Source: Squalus acanthias (lineage: Eukaryota). Taken from it: a stretch of 64,000 bases of DNA. The notes beneath the pieces are model-generated. The model worked only from the letters and a program-made list of their open reading frames with translations, was not told the origin of the DNA and made no database searches. Positions within the stretch are counted from its first letter, which is position 1. Each line of letters opens with the position of its first letter. Of this stretch, positions 24,746-36,845 are shown one piece after another. A program made the position numbers and the translations under genes. The DNA is taken from assembly GCA_030390025.1 (NCBI GenBank), contig CM059432.1, positions 59,150,001 through 59,214,000 on the forward strand, written 5' to 3'.

Positions 24746-25371
24746 TTGAACAAAATCCAGCAATCTACAGAGCCAATGTTCTTATTGGAAGGAACATACA
24801 TGTTAATGGATGTGGCAAAGATAGTCTCTCAGTGAATTAGATCACCAAAGTAATTTGGTATGATATCAGCTTTAAATATATAACAGCAAAGATTGAAATA
24901 TATCTCATTTTCATGGTGAAGCAATAAATTTACAAATCCCACCATTACAAGGAAATGTGTTATGCAGCTATGGCCTCAGCACATTTGACCTCAATATTCT
25001 GCATAGACTCCATGAGGTAACCTTATGATTCCATATTCCAGCAGGGAGCCTCATGCATGCCAGAAAATCATGCATTAATTTTAACCAGTCAGAAAATCAT
25101 GCACAGCAAGCACTGAGTTTCCAGTGTGCTCTTACAGAGGCTCACCACTGAAAATGCAAGTTGGAAAATTACCACTTCGGATTCTTAATATTACTGCTGT
25201 TTTACTTCATTCTTTTAATACCTTTTCAGTTGGTATTGTGAATAGGAGATTTAAGAAATGTATTACAGGAGGATGTCCCTTCCCAGCTATATAACAGTAA
25301 TGTAATATATGCATAGGAAGTAAATAATAAACTGAATACCCGTGGCCAAGTAATATAGAGTAAAAGCTAAT

Positions 25372-26115
25372 GGGCCAGAAATTCAGGTCGGAGGCTTCCC
25401 GCGGGTGCAAGCATAGCGGGTGCACTTACATAGCGCGCCTGCCGTTGTGCTGTGGGCCCGCGTGGGATTCGGATCCTGGGCCTCCTCCAGCTCCGGTGTG
25501 CAGTGCTCGTGGATCCCAGCAGCGCAGTTAGTTCGAAGCGTCCCTTGGGATCACGTGGGCCACGGGGAGCCAATCGGAGCAGGGAATCTCCATTCATAGA
25601 TTTGACAGGAAGACCTGTCAAATCTATAAATAGAGATCGGCCCCAAAACATAACAACTTTTTTTAAAAATCACATTTTTAAAATAACTATAAATTACATA
25701 AAATAACTATTTTAAACAATAATTTAAATTTTTGAAAAAATTAATGACAGTTTTTAACGGGTCTAAAAATAAACTTACCTTTCTTTAAAGTATTTAAAAA
25801 TAATAAACCTGTGGAAAAAATGTTTTAATTTTACTTAATTCACCACTTACCTTGTTAAAACCAGGCCTTGCGCCTGCTTTTTCCCCGCGCAGCTGCTAGG
25901 GACTTACCCGCACGTAGAAACCTGTAAAAAAAAGCCGAAGTTCGCTGCGTGCGCGCTGCCTCGCACGCGGTTGAGCCGCGAACCCCTTCCTTCACGAGAC
26001 TGGAAGTTCCGGTTTCCCGTGCATGCAGAGTGCATGCGCGAAACCGGCACTTCCGGTGGCCCTACGGGTGAGTACACAGCGCGTACTCACCCGTGGGGAC
26101 ACGAATTTCTGGGCC
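25372..26115. mobile_element. Harbinger/PHIS-type MITE, family M copy 1
   Basis: TIRs GGGCCAGAAATTC / GAATTTCTGGGCC with AAT on both flanks. Homologous to 62923-63684 (same orientation) and 34054-34816 (inverted). Confidence 0.85.
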
Positions 26116-26520
26116 AATACATCAGCAAATAGGATACAGGATCAGTTCAGGGCTGATACCCACTTAATTTACAGTTACAGGACCATAGTACAATGTGGAC
26201 TATAGAAAAGAAAAAAAGACTTGCATTTATAATAGGCCTTTCACAACCTCAGGACATCCCAAAGCACTTTATAGAACTAAAGCCGTTAGGCTTTCTCTCA
26301 ATGTCACCTTCCCCTAAAACCACATCTTTGTTCCCACTTGCTCCTCCTCCATGGACTCTATTCAGGGACATGTATGAAGGTCCCTCACTAGCTGGAGATT
26401 AATTAAAGAGATAGCTTTTCAAAAATATAAACTGACTTTCATATTGGAAAAAATAGAATCGTTGATGCAGCGGCTCCATCCATGATATGATGATGCCATG
26501 AAGTTAGCTACTGGTCAATA

Positions 26521-28377
26521 AGAACATAAGATAATATAAGAACAGAAGAATTAGGAGCAGGAGTAGGCCATATGGCTCCCCCGAGCCTGTTCTGCCTTAA
26601 TGATCTAGACGAGGGAACTAGATGTAATATCTACAAGTTTGCAGACGACACAAAGCTGGGTGGGCGTGTGTGCTGTGAGGAGGATGCGGAGAAACTCCAG
26701 TATGATTTGGACAGGTTGGGGGATTGGGCAGATGCATGGCAAATGCAGTATAATGTGGATAAATGCGAGGTTATCCACTTTGGTGGCAAAAACAGGAAGG
26801 CAGATTATCTGAACGGCAATAGATTGGGAAAAGGGGAAGTGCAACGAGACCTGGGTGTCCTTGTGCACCAGTCGCTGAAGGTAAGCATGCAGGTGCAGCA
26901 GGCGGTGAAGAAGGCAAATGGTATGTTGGCCTTCATAGCGAGAGGATTCGAGTACAGGAGCAAGGATGTCTTGCTGCAGCTGTACAGGGCCTTGGTGAGA
27001 CCACACCTTGAGTATTGTGTGCAGTTTTGGTCGCCTTATCTGAGGAAGGATGTTCTTGCCATGGAGGGAGTGCAGCGAAGATTCACCAGACTGATACCTG
27101 GGATGGCAGGAATGACGTTTGAAGAGAGATTGGGTCGATTAGGCTTATATTCGCTAGAGTTTAGAAGAATGAGAGGGGATCTCATTGAAACTTATAAAAT
27201 TCTAACAGGACTAGACAGACTAGATGCAGGAAGGCTGTTCCCGATGGCGGGGGAGTCCAGAACCAGGGGTCACAGTCTAAGGATAAGGGGTAAGCCTTTT
27301 AGGACTGAGATGAGGAGGAATTTCTTCACCCAGAGAGTGGTGAACCTGTGGAATTCTCTACCACAGAAGGCAGTTGAGGCCAATTCATGAAATATATTCA
27401 AGAAGGAATTAGATATATTTCTTAAGGCGAAGGGGATCAAGGGATATGGGGAGAAAGCAGGGATAGGGTACTGAATTTGGATGATCAGCCATGATCGCAT
27501 TGAATGGTGGAGCAGGCTCGAGGGGCCGAATGGCCTACTCCTGCTCCTATCTTCTATGTTTCAATAAGATCATGGCTGATCTTCGACCTCAACTCCACTT
27601 ACCCGCCCGATCTCCAAATCCCTTGATTCCCCTAGAGTCCAAAAATCTATCTATTTCAGCCTTGAATATACTCAGCGATTCAGCATCCACAGCCATTTGG
27701 GGTGGAGAATTCCAAAGATTCACAACCCTCTAGGTGAAGAAATTCCTCCTCATCTCAGTCTTAAATGGTCAACCCCTTATCCTGAGACTATGCCCCCAGT
27801 TCTAGACACTCCAGCCAGGGGAAACAATCTCTCAGCATCTACCCTGTCAATCCCCTTCAGAATCTTATATGTTTCAATGAGCTCATCTCTTATTCTTCTA
27901 AACTCCAGAGAGTATAGGCCCAATCTACTCAATCTTTTCTCATAGGACAACCCTCTCATCCCAGGAATCAATCTAGTGAACTTTCGTTGCACCACCTCTA
28001 AGGCAAGTATATACTTCCTCAGATAAGAAGACCAAAACTGTGCACAGTACTCCAGGTGTGGTCTCACCAATGCCCTGTAAAATTGTAGTAAGACTTCCTT
28101 ACTCTTGTACTCCAACCCCCTTGCAATAAAGGCAAACATGCCATTTGTCTTCCTAATTGCTTGCTGTACCTGTATGCTAACGCTCTGTGTTTCCTGTACG
28201 AGGACACCTAAATCTCTCTGAACACCAACATTTAATAGTTTCTCACCATTTAAAAAATATTCTGTTTTTCTATTCTTCCTACCAAAGTGAGTAACCTCAC
28301 ATTTCCCCACATTATACTCCATCTGCCACCTTATTGCCCACTCACTTAACCTGTCTATATCCCTTTGCAGACTCTTT
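26521..28377. mobile_element. Minus-strand CR1 3' fragment (26521-26596 plus 27561-28377) interrupted by a plus-strand CR1 (about 26597-27560)
   Basis: RT C-terminal ORFs on both strands (KFADDTKLGG on +, WQMEYNVGKCEV on -). The minus-strand tail gagcctgttctgcc / ttcaataagatcatggctgat is split by the + copy. Confidence 0.85.
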
Positions 28378-29700
28378 GGGCTGGATTTTGTCAATGGAGG
28401 CACGTTGGGGGCGGGACTGCTGTTTTTTGGGTTTTAGTCCTGCCCCCAGCGACATCTGACCAACTCATGCTATTTTCCCTTGATTGACCTTGTTAAGCCT
28501 GCCCTGCGGGCTTACCGGCCAATTAAGGGAAAGCCGGTGGCAGATGACGTCAGCATTTGACGCTTCATTTGTCAAAAATATTTTGACAGGTGACTTGTCA
28601 GCGTTTGACAGCTTTGAGAAGCTGTCAAACACTGACAATCTCTGTTCTAAGGTGAGCCCTTGCACAGAAGGCTAGCCAAGATCTTTCTCCTCAGCAGAAA
28701 GCAGATGGCTGCTGCATCTGAGAATGCAGCAGCCATTCTGTCATCTCTGCGTTGAGATGAGGCACCTCCGGATCCTCAAAGGTTGAAGCCTGCAGGAAGA
28801 AGCAACGGTAAGGAAGGTTCTTGCCATGGAAGGAGTTCAGCGAAGATTCACCAGGCTGATACCTGGGATGGCAGGAATGACGTATGAGGAGAGATTGGGT
28901 CGATTGGGCTTATACTCGCTGGAGTTTAGAAGAATGAGAGGGGATCTCATAGAAATTTATAAAATTCTGAAAGGACTGGACAGACTGGATGCAGGAAGGA
29001 TGTTCCCGATGGTCGGGGAGTCCAGAACCAGGGGTCACAGTCTAAGGATAAGGGGTAAGCCATTTAGGACAGAAATGAGGAGGAATTTCTTCACCCAGAG
29101 AGTGGTGAACCTGTGGAATTCTCTACCACAGAAGGCAGTAGAGGCCAATTCATTAAATATATTCAAGAAGGAGTTGGATATATTTCTTAAGGCTAAAGGG
29201 ATCAAGGGATATGGGGAGAAAGCAGGGACAGGGTTCTGAATTTGGATGATCAGCCATGATCGCATTGAATGGCAGAGCAGGCTAGAGGGGCCGAATGGCC
29301 TACTCCTGCTCCTATCTTCTATGTTTCTATGTTTTTCCAGCACTTTACACTCGCCTCTCGTACTTACCTGTCCACACTTGCACCCATCACTCACCTCTAC
29401 AGCGGACATTTTGACCCCTGTCACCCTCGCAGCCCCACTGCTCACCTCGCTGACCCTGGCGAGGTTCGCAGCCGTCGGGAAGCCCGCAATTGCAGGCGTA
29501 AAATTGGGAAAAAGCCTTAATTGGCTCTAATCTCCTTCCCGCCTCGAGGAGACGGGTCCCTGCGCGACTCGGGGACCCGCCTCCCGGGAAGATGGCACGG
29601 AAGCGGGTTGGGCGCAAGGTTGGTACCCGCTCCCAGTTTCTGCCATTTTCCCGGCAGTCCCGCCTCCACACCCGCCTCCCCAGGGCTGGGAAAATACCCC
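28378..29700. mobile_element. Harbinger-like MITE fragments (28378-28815 and 29336-29700) around a + strand CR1 3' fragment (28815-29335)
   Basis: GGGCTGGATTTT start and GGAAAATACCCC end. The CR1 ORF MEGVQRRFTRLIPG is near-identical to 27061-27560. Confidence 0.55.
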
Positions 29701-30842
29701 CAATGTGTCCTCCTCACAGTGTACTTTCTCACCTAGCTTTGTGCGTAATGTTGTAGCAGAGTTTGATCGAAAAACAGTTCAAGTGATGTTAAATCACTTG
29801 TGTATGTCTGGCAACTTGCATAGCTCATGACACTAATTCTTTCTTGTGATTATTTTATCGACTACCATCTGATGTACTGGTAAACTAGTGAATCCTCAAG
29901 GGCTGAAATTCCAGGAGTCCTGCTCCTGCTTCACCAAGTTCGGTGTAGCAGAATTTGTGACCACCCAGACAATATAATGCAGATCCCATCCGAAATCCCA
30001 GGGATGGGGATGTCTGCATGGATGGCAGGCACCTACAAAGGCACATCAGCGGTGCCTGACGTGAAGTCAAAATGGAGGAGCACCATGCTTTTCCAAGGAT
30101 AGAAGAAAGGCCTGGGAGGGGCCAAACAATGAAGGTATCACTTTTTTCTCTTCATCTCCAAATGCAGCCAATAGTAGTGCTGGCCAAGGTGGTCAGTCCT
30201 CCAAGGGGCTTTTCAAAAGGGTACTCAAAAAAAAAAGGGTATTCAGAAGCAAAATAGTGCAGATGCTGGAAATCTGAAATAAAACAGAAAATGCTGGAAA
30301 TACTCAGCAGATCAGGCAGCATCTATGGAGAGAGAAACAGCTAACGTTTCAGGTTGATGACCTATTGTCAGAACTTGTAATTAGTTTACCATTACATCAG
30401 ATAGTAGTTGATAAAATAGTGATGAAAGGTCATCGACCTTAATAGTATTCATGTTCGTTCTCAGCTGGCGAGATTTCTGTTGAGGCCTTATAAAGGCATA
30501 TTAGGCAGAATTCCTAGGGTAAGCCCTGTAACCCCTGCAGATCTGTGTCCCCACCACCATTTCTTCCCCCGCCCCACCTCTCTTCCACTGGAAAATGACT
30601 GCACATAAAAAGCAGGACCAAATCCTGGTGGAACAGGATTCCACTGAAGGGATAATTACAAGTCCTAGCCCTTCTCGGGCTACCCCAGATCAGACGTTCA
30701 CCTTCAACTAAAGTTAGCGGTAGCCAAATCCGATAAGACGCTTAATTGGGTCTAAAGGTCAGACTACCTCTCCCTAAAAGAAAGGAACAGCTTGAAGATG
30801 TTACTGTCCTCCAGATAGCACTTTTAACAAGTTTAACTAGAC

Positions 30843-32035
30843 TGTAACCTTTCGGATATTATGAGGGTCCGGAAAACCCCCCAGAATTCTGCAACTCTTC
30901 ACAGAAGAGTGTACAGAAATTGAGTTTGCGAGATTGATACAGAAATACTTTGTGAGACAATTTTAAAAATATACAGATTTATTAAAGAACCGACATGTAG
31001 TTAACAGCTGTTGATTTCAATCGCAACTTTAACAGTCCAAAATACAAATAGCTTACATTTCTTATCAGGGATCCTTACTCTCAAATCTTAACTTCGTTAC
31101 ATTTCCACACTTCTACTTATTTCTTAATCCAGAATATCCACCAAAATCAAATACCTTGATTACCCGAGACTCAAAGAGTTGTAGGCCTACAGAGTGGTTC
31201 TGAAGGAGAGAATCGCTTGCCTTTCCAGCGACTTCTTCTCTCTATCTGAAAAGCTCTATTTTTATACCTTTTTTTGCAGTGGCTTATTCTTTGAAGTTTT
31301 CTGCTGATGTAAGCTAATTATCTCTAGCCATACCTCTGTTGACTTCTTTCTATTCTTACTGTTAATTCAGCTGTTAGTTTTCAGAATTCTGTCTCTGTAT
31401 AGGTGTTTCAAAAACTTATCATATAAAATAGTTATTATAGATTTATCTCTTTGATGCCATTCTTTCGAAGGTCTTCAATTCAATTCTTAATATTGGCTTA
31501 ACTGCTTGTATTTCAGACTTCTCGTCTCCTTGTGTTCCAAGTTCAACACATAAGCAATGTGATTGCTTGGTACATCTATTGATGTAATATTTTCAAAGTC
31601 TTCTGTAGGTATCTTTTACAATATGTAAATCAAAACACTTCATCTAGGGTGTTCTTTGCATTTCTTAGCTACTTCAATTGGTTGTATATCTAATCTTGTT
31701 TCCTGTTTCATTTGATGTTACTTTTACAAAGGCACATGGTTTTTGAATGTTCTGTTTTTCTGTTCGACGTGTTAGTTTTTAACACTTTACTTGGTCATTG
31801 CTATTGTGTTGGTTTCAAACTGCAGACTCCTTGGAACCAACTCTTTGCTTCTTCAATAGGCCATTGTCTCAGTGTCAATAACCAATCTTTATCTCAAAAG
31901 CCTATATGGTGTTTACAGCTTTGTGATGTTGAGGCTTTTAGATTTTTAAACCCAGTTTGTCATGTTTTAATAAAATCAGAATTCTGTTCATAGGATGGTG
32001 TATTTTTCTGAATAGGTTTGGCTCATTCCTTTACA
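30843..32035 (-). mobile_element. Possible solo LTR (ERV-like)
   Basis: TGTAA...TTACA termini, with minus-strand TATAAA (about 31261) followed by AATAAA (about 30978). No convincing TSD. Confidence 0.3.
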
Positions 32036-34053
32036 CCACTACAAATTCTGACTGCAGGTGGACAATCCAATCTGCTTTACTCCCTGGCCCCAGATTGGAA
32101 TTTTGGGGCCTCGCTTATCTCAACCCAGAGGACTGGATAATGCGAAAGCTGTTGCAGCATGTGATTCTCTGAAACTGAGACTTGGATTGTTTAGGACCAA
32201 TTGTAGATGAATAAAACTCTTGAAATACTGAAATTCAAAGTTTCTCAGTTAATGTGGAAACCTGAGAAGTGTAACTCTTTCATGCACATAATTTTTTGTA
32301 TCACTGCAATATTTGGATCCAATATGCAATTAAATGCTGGATTCTCTATCTCACAGGCATTCTTATCATCAATGCTTATACAAGCCACAAGAGGGACCCA
32401 ATGCTCTGTGTGAGTTGGAAAAAGTCTATATACCAAACTCGTCAAATTCACTATTAAGCATCTATATTATATGACATTTTAGACTATTGGTTACATTAAT
32501 TTTCTCAACAGCTTAAGTCTCTGCAGTATTATTCTGGCCAATATCCATAGCAACAATTATCATTTGTTTTAAATATTATGACCAGTCTTTTTCACCTGGT
32601 CCTCTAGAAACCATGCTATACTATACTGTTTTAGGGATAGATATTGGTGTTGAAGTTTCAGGTTCAAACTTATATTCCTCCGAAGCCAATTATTTATCCT
32701 TAGTGAAGTTGAAACCTCAATATCATCATCACCAAGGTTTTTTATTGCAACTTGAGTGTTGGTTCTCATATTAAATGTATAAAATTAATAACCATCTATT
32801 ATATATTAAAATGGTGAGCATTCAAGATTGCAAAGATGTTGCACCAACAATTTGTGTGTGAATGTAACCTTATGTGACAGACTGAAAATAACGGACAGCC
32901 CTTACTATCATGTGACAGCCCAAACTCTATTCTCAACAATCTCCCTGTATTATAACCCTAAACGAAATGCACAATAATGATTTCAGAGAAGCCATTAAAT
33001 CAAGCAGTGTGTGCAGCATCAGAATGTGCGGTGACAATTCAGTTTCCATTTATCTAAAGCAGATCTGAGAAACCAAAAGTAAGTGCACGCCTGTCAAATT
33101 ACAAGCGGTGATGAAGGAGTAACGTCAAACCGAAGACTGCACGAGGAAATTAAAAGTCCGACTCAAGCCGACACCAAAAAAGTAATACTGAGAAGTGGCA
33201 GAACCGCAGCAGAACGCGAGAAATGGAAGAGTGCGATAGCTGCACTCAAGCTCAAATCCTGGAACGACGATGGGAAGAGAAGCGGAATGGAATGGTAATA
33301 ACCCAGGCGGCTGCCCACTCCTCCCCAGTAAAGCTACAATTGTTCCACCTCCCCAAGAATGCCGCCTGCGGCTATAAAGCTCACTATCCAATTGTAGTAG
33401 AACAAGATCTGAAGAGAGCCCATGGCTGCAACAATGTTGGTTTTCTACCCGAACTGTGACATTGAGATTGTGGAGGAAGGGCAGAACTATTATCACTTCT
33501 GCTTATACAGTTGATCTAAATGTGAATGCCTGCATCCTCAGCGTCCCAATTGACCCCGAGCTGCTGCCATGGGAAATTTAAAGCACAGAGTTCTCCCTGG
33601 CTGCTAGATTCATGCCCCAATCCAGGAGACTGCCAGGCAATCCAGCAGGGTTGGCAACCCTATCACAAGGGCATTGACTTACTGGGTTATCTGGAGTCAA
33701 TAGGAAGACTCCTCCAGGGACAGGTCTACCTCTAAAGGTTACATTAAAGTGTCAGGCCAGCTAATCGATCATGAACAATGCCCTGGAGAACTGCAGAAGT
33801 GCCTAACTCCATTATCAGATTATCTGATCTACCACAGAAAATGGACTTGGTTACAAACTTTCATCGACAGAGTTCACCTTTCAGCCCTCTCAATTCCAAA
33901 GAGACTCCACTCCCCCCCAGCAAGAATGATAGTAGCTGATCATGTAAAATCTACTCAGATACAGTTCCTCAGTTTAGCATTTTGTAAGTATATGATTACA
34001 AACATACCCAATAACAGCTTCCTTTTACACAGAAAAACTGAATAAAACCTAAT

Positions 34054-34816
34054 GGCCCGAAAATTAAACCTAATACGCGAGAGTACGCACTGTGTACTCT
34101 CGCGTATTAGATCCCGAATTGCCGGTTTCCTGCGTGCACTGCGCATGCGCGGGAAACCGGCACTTCGTGAATTGAAAAGGGGGCAGTTCCTAAGTGAACC
34201 GCGTGCGCACTACAGGCTGTGCGCACGCAGTGCACTTAGGTTTTTTTTCAGCTTTGAACGCGCAGGTAAGTGGTGAAGATTTTACACACAAAGAAAGCAG
34301 GCGTAGGACCCCCTTTTAACAAGGTAAGTAGTTAATTAAGTGTTATTTTAAATTTTTTTCAACAGGTTTATCTTTTTTAGAGACTTTAAAGAAAGGTAAG
34401 TTTATTTTTATAACTTTTAAAAAGATTTTAAATTTTTTGAAAAATTTAATTTTTTGTTTAAAGTGGTTAATTTATTTAACTATACTTATTTTATTAATGT
34501 GATGGCTTTTTTAAAATGTAATTGAGGTTTAGCTGTTCTTTTGGGGGTTTGTAGTATTCATAGCTTTGACAGCTCTTGTCGTCAAAACTATGAATGAAAG
34601 ATGGTGTGCTGCCATTGGCTCTAACTGAATCACGTGATCCCAGAGCTCGCACGAACTAATTGCGCCTCTGGGTCACGCAAGCACTGCACGGTTCCAACAG
34701 AAATAGCCTTTGAAACTAAAGTTCGTGTGGGCCCGGAGCAAAAAGGTAGGCGCGGAGTGCGATATCGCGGGGAATCCTTACCCCCGCGGGAACCATCCAT
34801 GTTTAATTTCTGGGCC
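34054..34816. mobile_element. Family M MITE copy 2 (inverted, more diverged)
   Basis: TIRs GGCCCGAAAATTAAA / TTTAATTTCTGGGCC, flanks AAT/ATT. Internal sequence is the reverse complement of copies 1 and 3. Confidence 0.8.
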
Positions 34817-35767
34817 ATTTTCTCTCATTTCCTTTCATCAGTGCAAGCTTCTGGTCGCTCCCAAAGACAGTTGTGTAGAAAGGATCTACTACAATTGCAG
34901 GGATATTGTCTTCACTGAAAGAGTCTCAGGCTACCCATGTTTTTTTTAAGGGAGGCTGAAGGCCTAGAGGATTCAGATCATGCAAGTGATGTAATGGTAC
35001 ATTTTAATGTGATTTAAACTAGAGGGGCAATTTTCTGACCTTGTGCTCCAGGCGGGGAACCTATCTGCCAGAAGCACGCATTAGAAATTTGGGCATACTG
35101 TGTGCATGATTTTCCAAGCATTAATTTAAATGCTTGGTAAATTGTGGACCCATACACTAAATTTCCAGTATGTGCTGCCAAAGACACAGGAGTAGAATTT
35201 CCACATGGTTCTCCTGATCTCCCACTGTTAATTTAGCAGATCAGTGGAAGCCTTGTGGTAACAACGCAAATAGCCGTTTTCAGCTGTTTACATTGTTTCT
35301 CTGGGAGTTCCGTCTTCCGTTGAAGTTATGGCATGGCATCAGAAGAATCCCTGTGGAAATTGCAAGCTACTGTATCATGCTTGTGCTACACAGGCTTCAG
35401 ATGTTTGTACCTGAGGGCATATTCATTGATATGGGTGGATTAGAGTTCCATTCATTTTTGAAGAGGGTAATTCATTAACTTCTCTCTGGCACACTTAAAA
35501 GATTAACTTAAAAAAACCACAAAGTGACTTGTCCAAGATGAATTTTCAGTGTATAAATTAGCACAAATCATGTAATGTATCATAATTTTTTAGAATACAT
35601 GTCTTAGAAACCAATATCCCTTACAAACTTACTGATGATGTTCTAATTTTATCAGGTTTATATGTTCTAGTTGAGGTATGTGTTCACCTATCCTGAGTCT
35701 AGTGACAAAATGACATAATGTCTAAACATGATGATTGATAAAGAACATAGGGATTTGGGAGATTGAA

Positions 35768-36470
35768 TGTTATAGGTGTGTTGCGGGGCACAGGTTTGGT
35801 GTACGTGAATGGTGTATGCGTCAACATCACGTGACTTATGTTCTCTCTCGCTCTGCTGTGTGTGTGTGTGTGCGTAGGCTGGGCTGCAGACTCATGGGGC
35901 TCAGCACTAGCTCCTGCAACTCTTGTAATTCTAATTTGTTTATATACTTAATAAAACGTTGATACTCTTTCTAACAATGCATGGCTTTGACTACTCTTCA
36001 AAGAGGTATTGACACATGGTGGCAGCGGTGGTAGTGATTGTTTAAAGCAACTTTCACTTTTGGGTGGACATATACGTCTTTAAAAGTTACTCGAAAACTA
36101 AAGCGTGTTCACAATGGCGTCAGGGTATGTTCTACCACCACCTCCAGCTCTTGACATTCATGACGCAAATGCTGCAGAAAAATGGAAGAGATTCTAGCGA
36201 GCTTGGAAAAGCTATGCTCTTGCGACAGAGCTTGACCAGAAGACGGAACGAGTACAGGTAGCGACACATCTAACAGAGCGTGAAGTCTACTCCACGTGGT
36301 CAGACTGGGCCGAAGATGTAGACAGAGACAAGATGGCGCCGGTGCTGACCAAGTTTTCTCAGTACTGCCAACCGCATAAGAACATTTCCTTTGAGAGATA
36401 GAAGTTCAACAGGAGAATGCAAGAAACTGGGGAAATATACGACCAGTATCGTACAGCACTGTGAAAACAC
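35768..36470 (+). mobile_element. Truncated Gypsy LTR retrotransposon: LTR (35768-36016), tRNA-Leu PBS and disrupted gag start
   Basis: TG..CA LTR containing AATAAA. PBS TGGTGGCAGCGGTGG at 36017 is complementary to the tRNA-Leu 3' end. ATG at 36114 gives MASGYVLPPPPALDIHDANAAEKWKRF*RAWKSYALATELDQKTERVQVAT, later FSQYCQPHKNISFER*KFNRRMQE. Confidence 0.8.
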
Positions 36471-36845
36471 GCCAAACGGTGCGGCGCAAATCGTCCAGCA
36501 ACTTGTGGCAATTCGCAATTCATGGGGTATCTCTTTCTTGCTACAAGCTGCTGGCCAATTTGTGCATTAATAACGGCACACGCCATTATTTTTCAGCAAC
36601 ATCTTTCTTTACCTGCACAAGACCCTTTCTGCAAACAGAAGAACAGATTCCAGGACTTTGTAATACATTTGAACTAATGTTGCGTGGATGCTGTTTGTGT
36701 TTTTCCTGCACAAGGCTGAAGTATTATTGTGATATTGTATGCACCAAACATTTTCGTTCGAGGGGAAAAAAAACCTGAATTTCTGACTGCACTTTTTGCT
36801 TGTTGAGAACTTGTTTTATTAATGTAGGAGAGTGTGTATAACATG

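Larger units (their letters stand above)
24348..25040. repeat. 82-bp inverted repeat pair (24348-24429 and 24959-25040) flanking KCNQ3 exon 2
   Basis: Manual ungapped alignment gives 69/82 reverse-complement identity, with 11 of 13 differences being transitions. Confidence 0.9.

Noticed and set aside
24433..24801. 122-aa ORF as a stand-alone membrane protein
   Set aside because: Only 24523-24613 is KCNQ-like and bounded by AG/GT; the rest is intron read-through.
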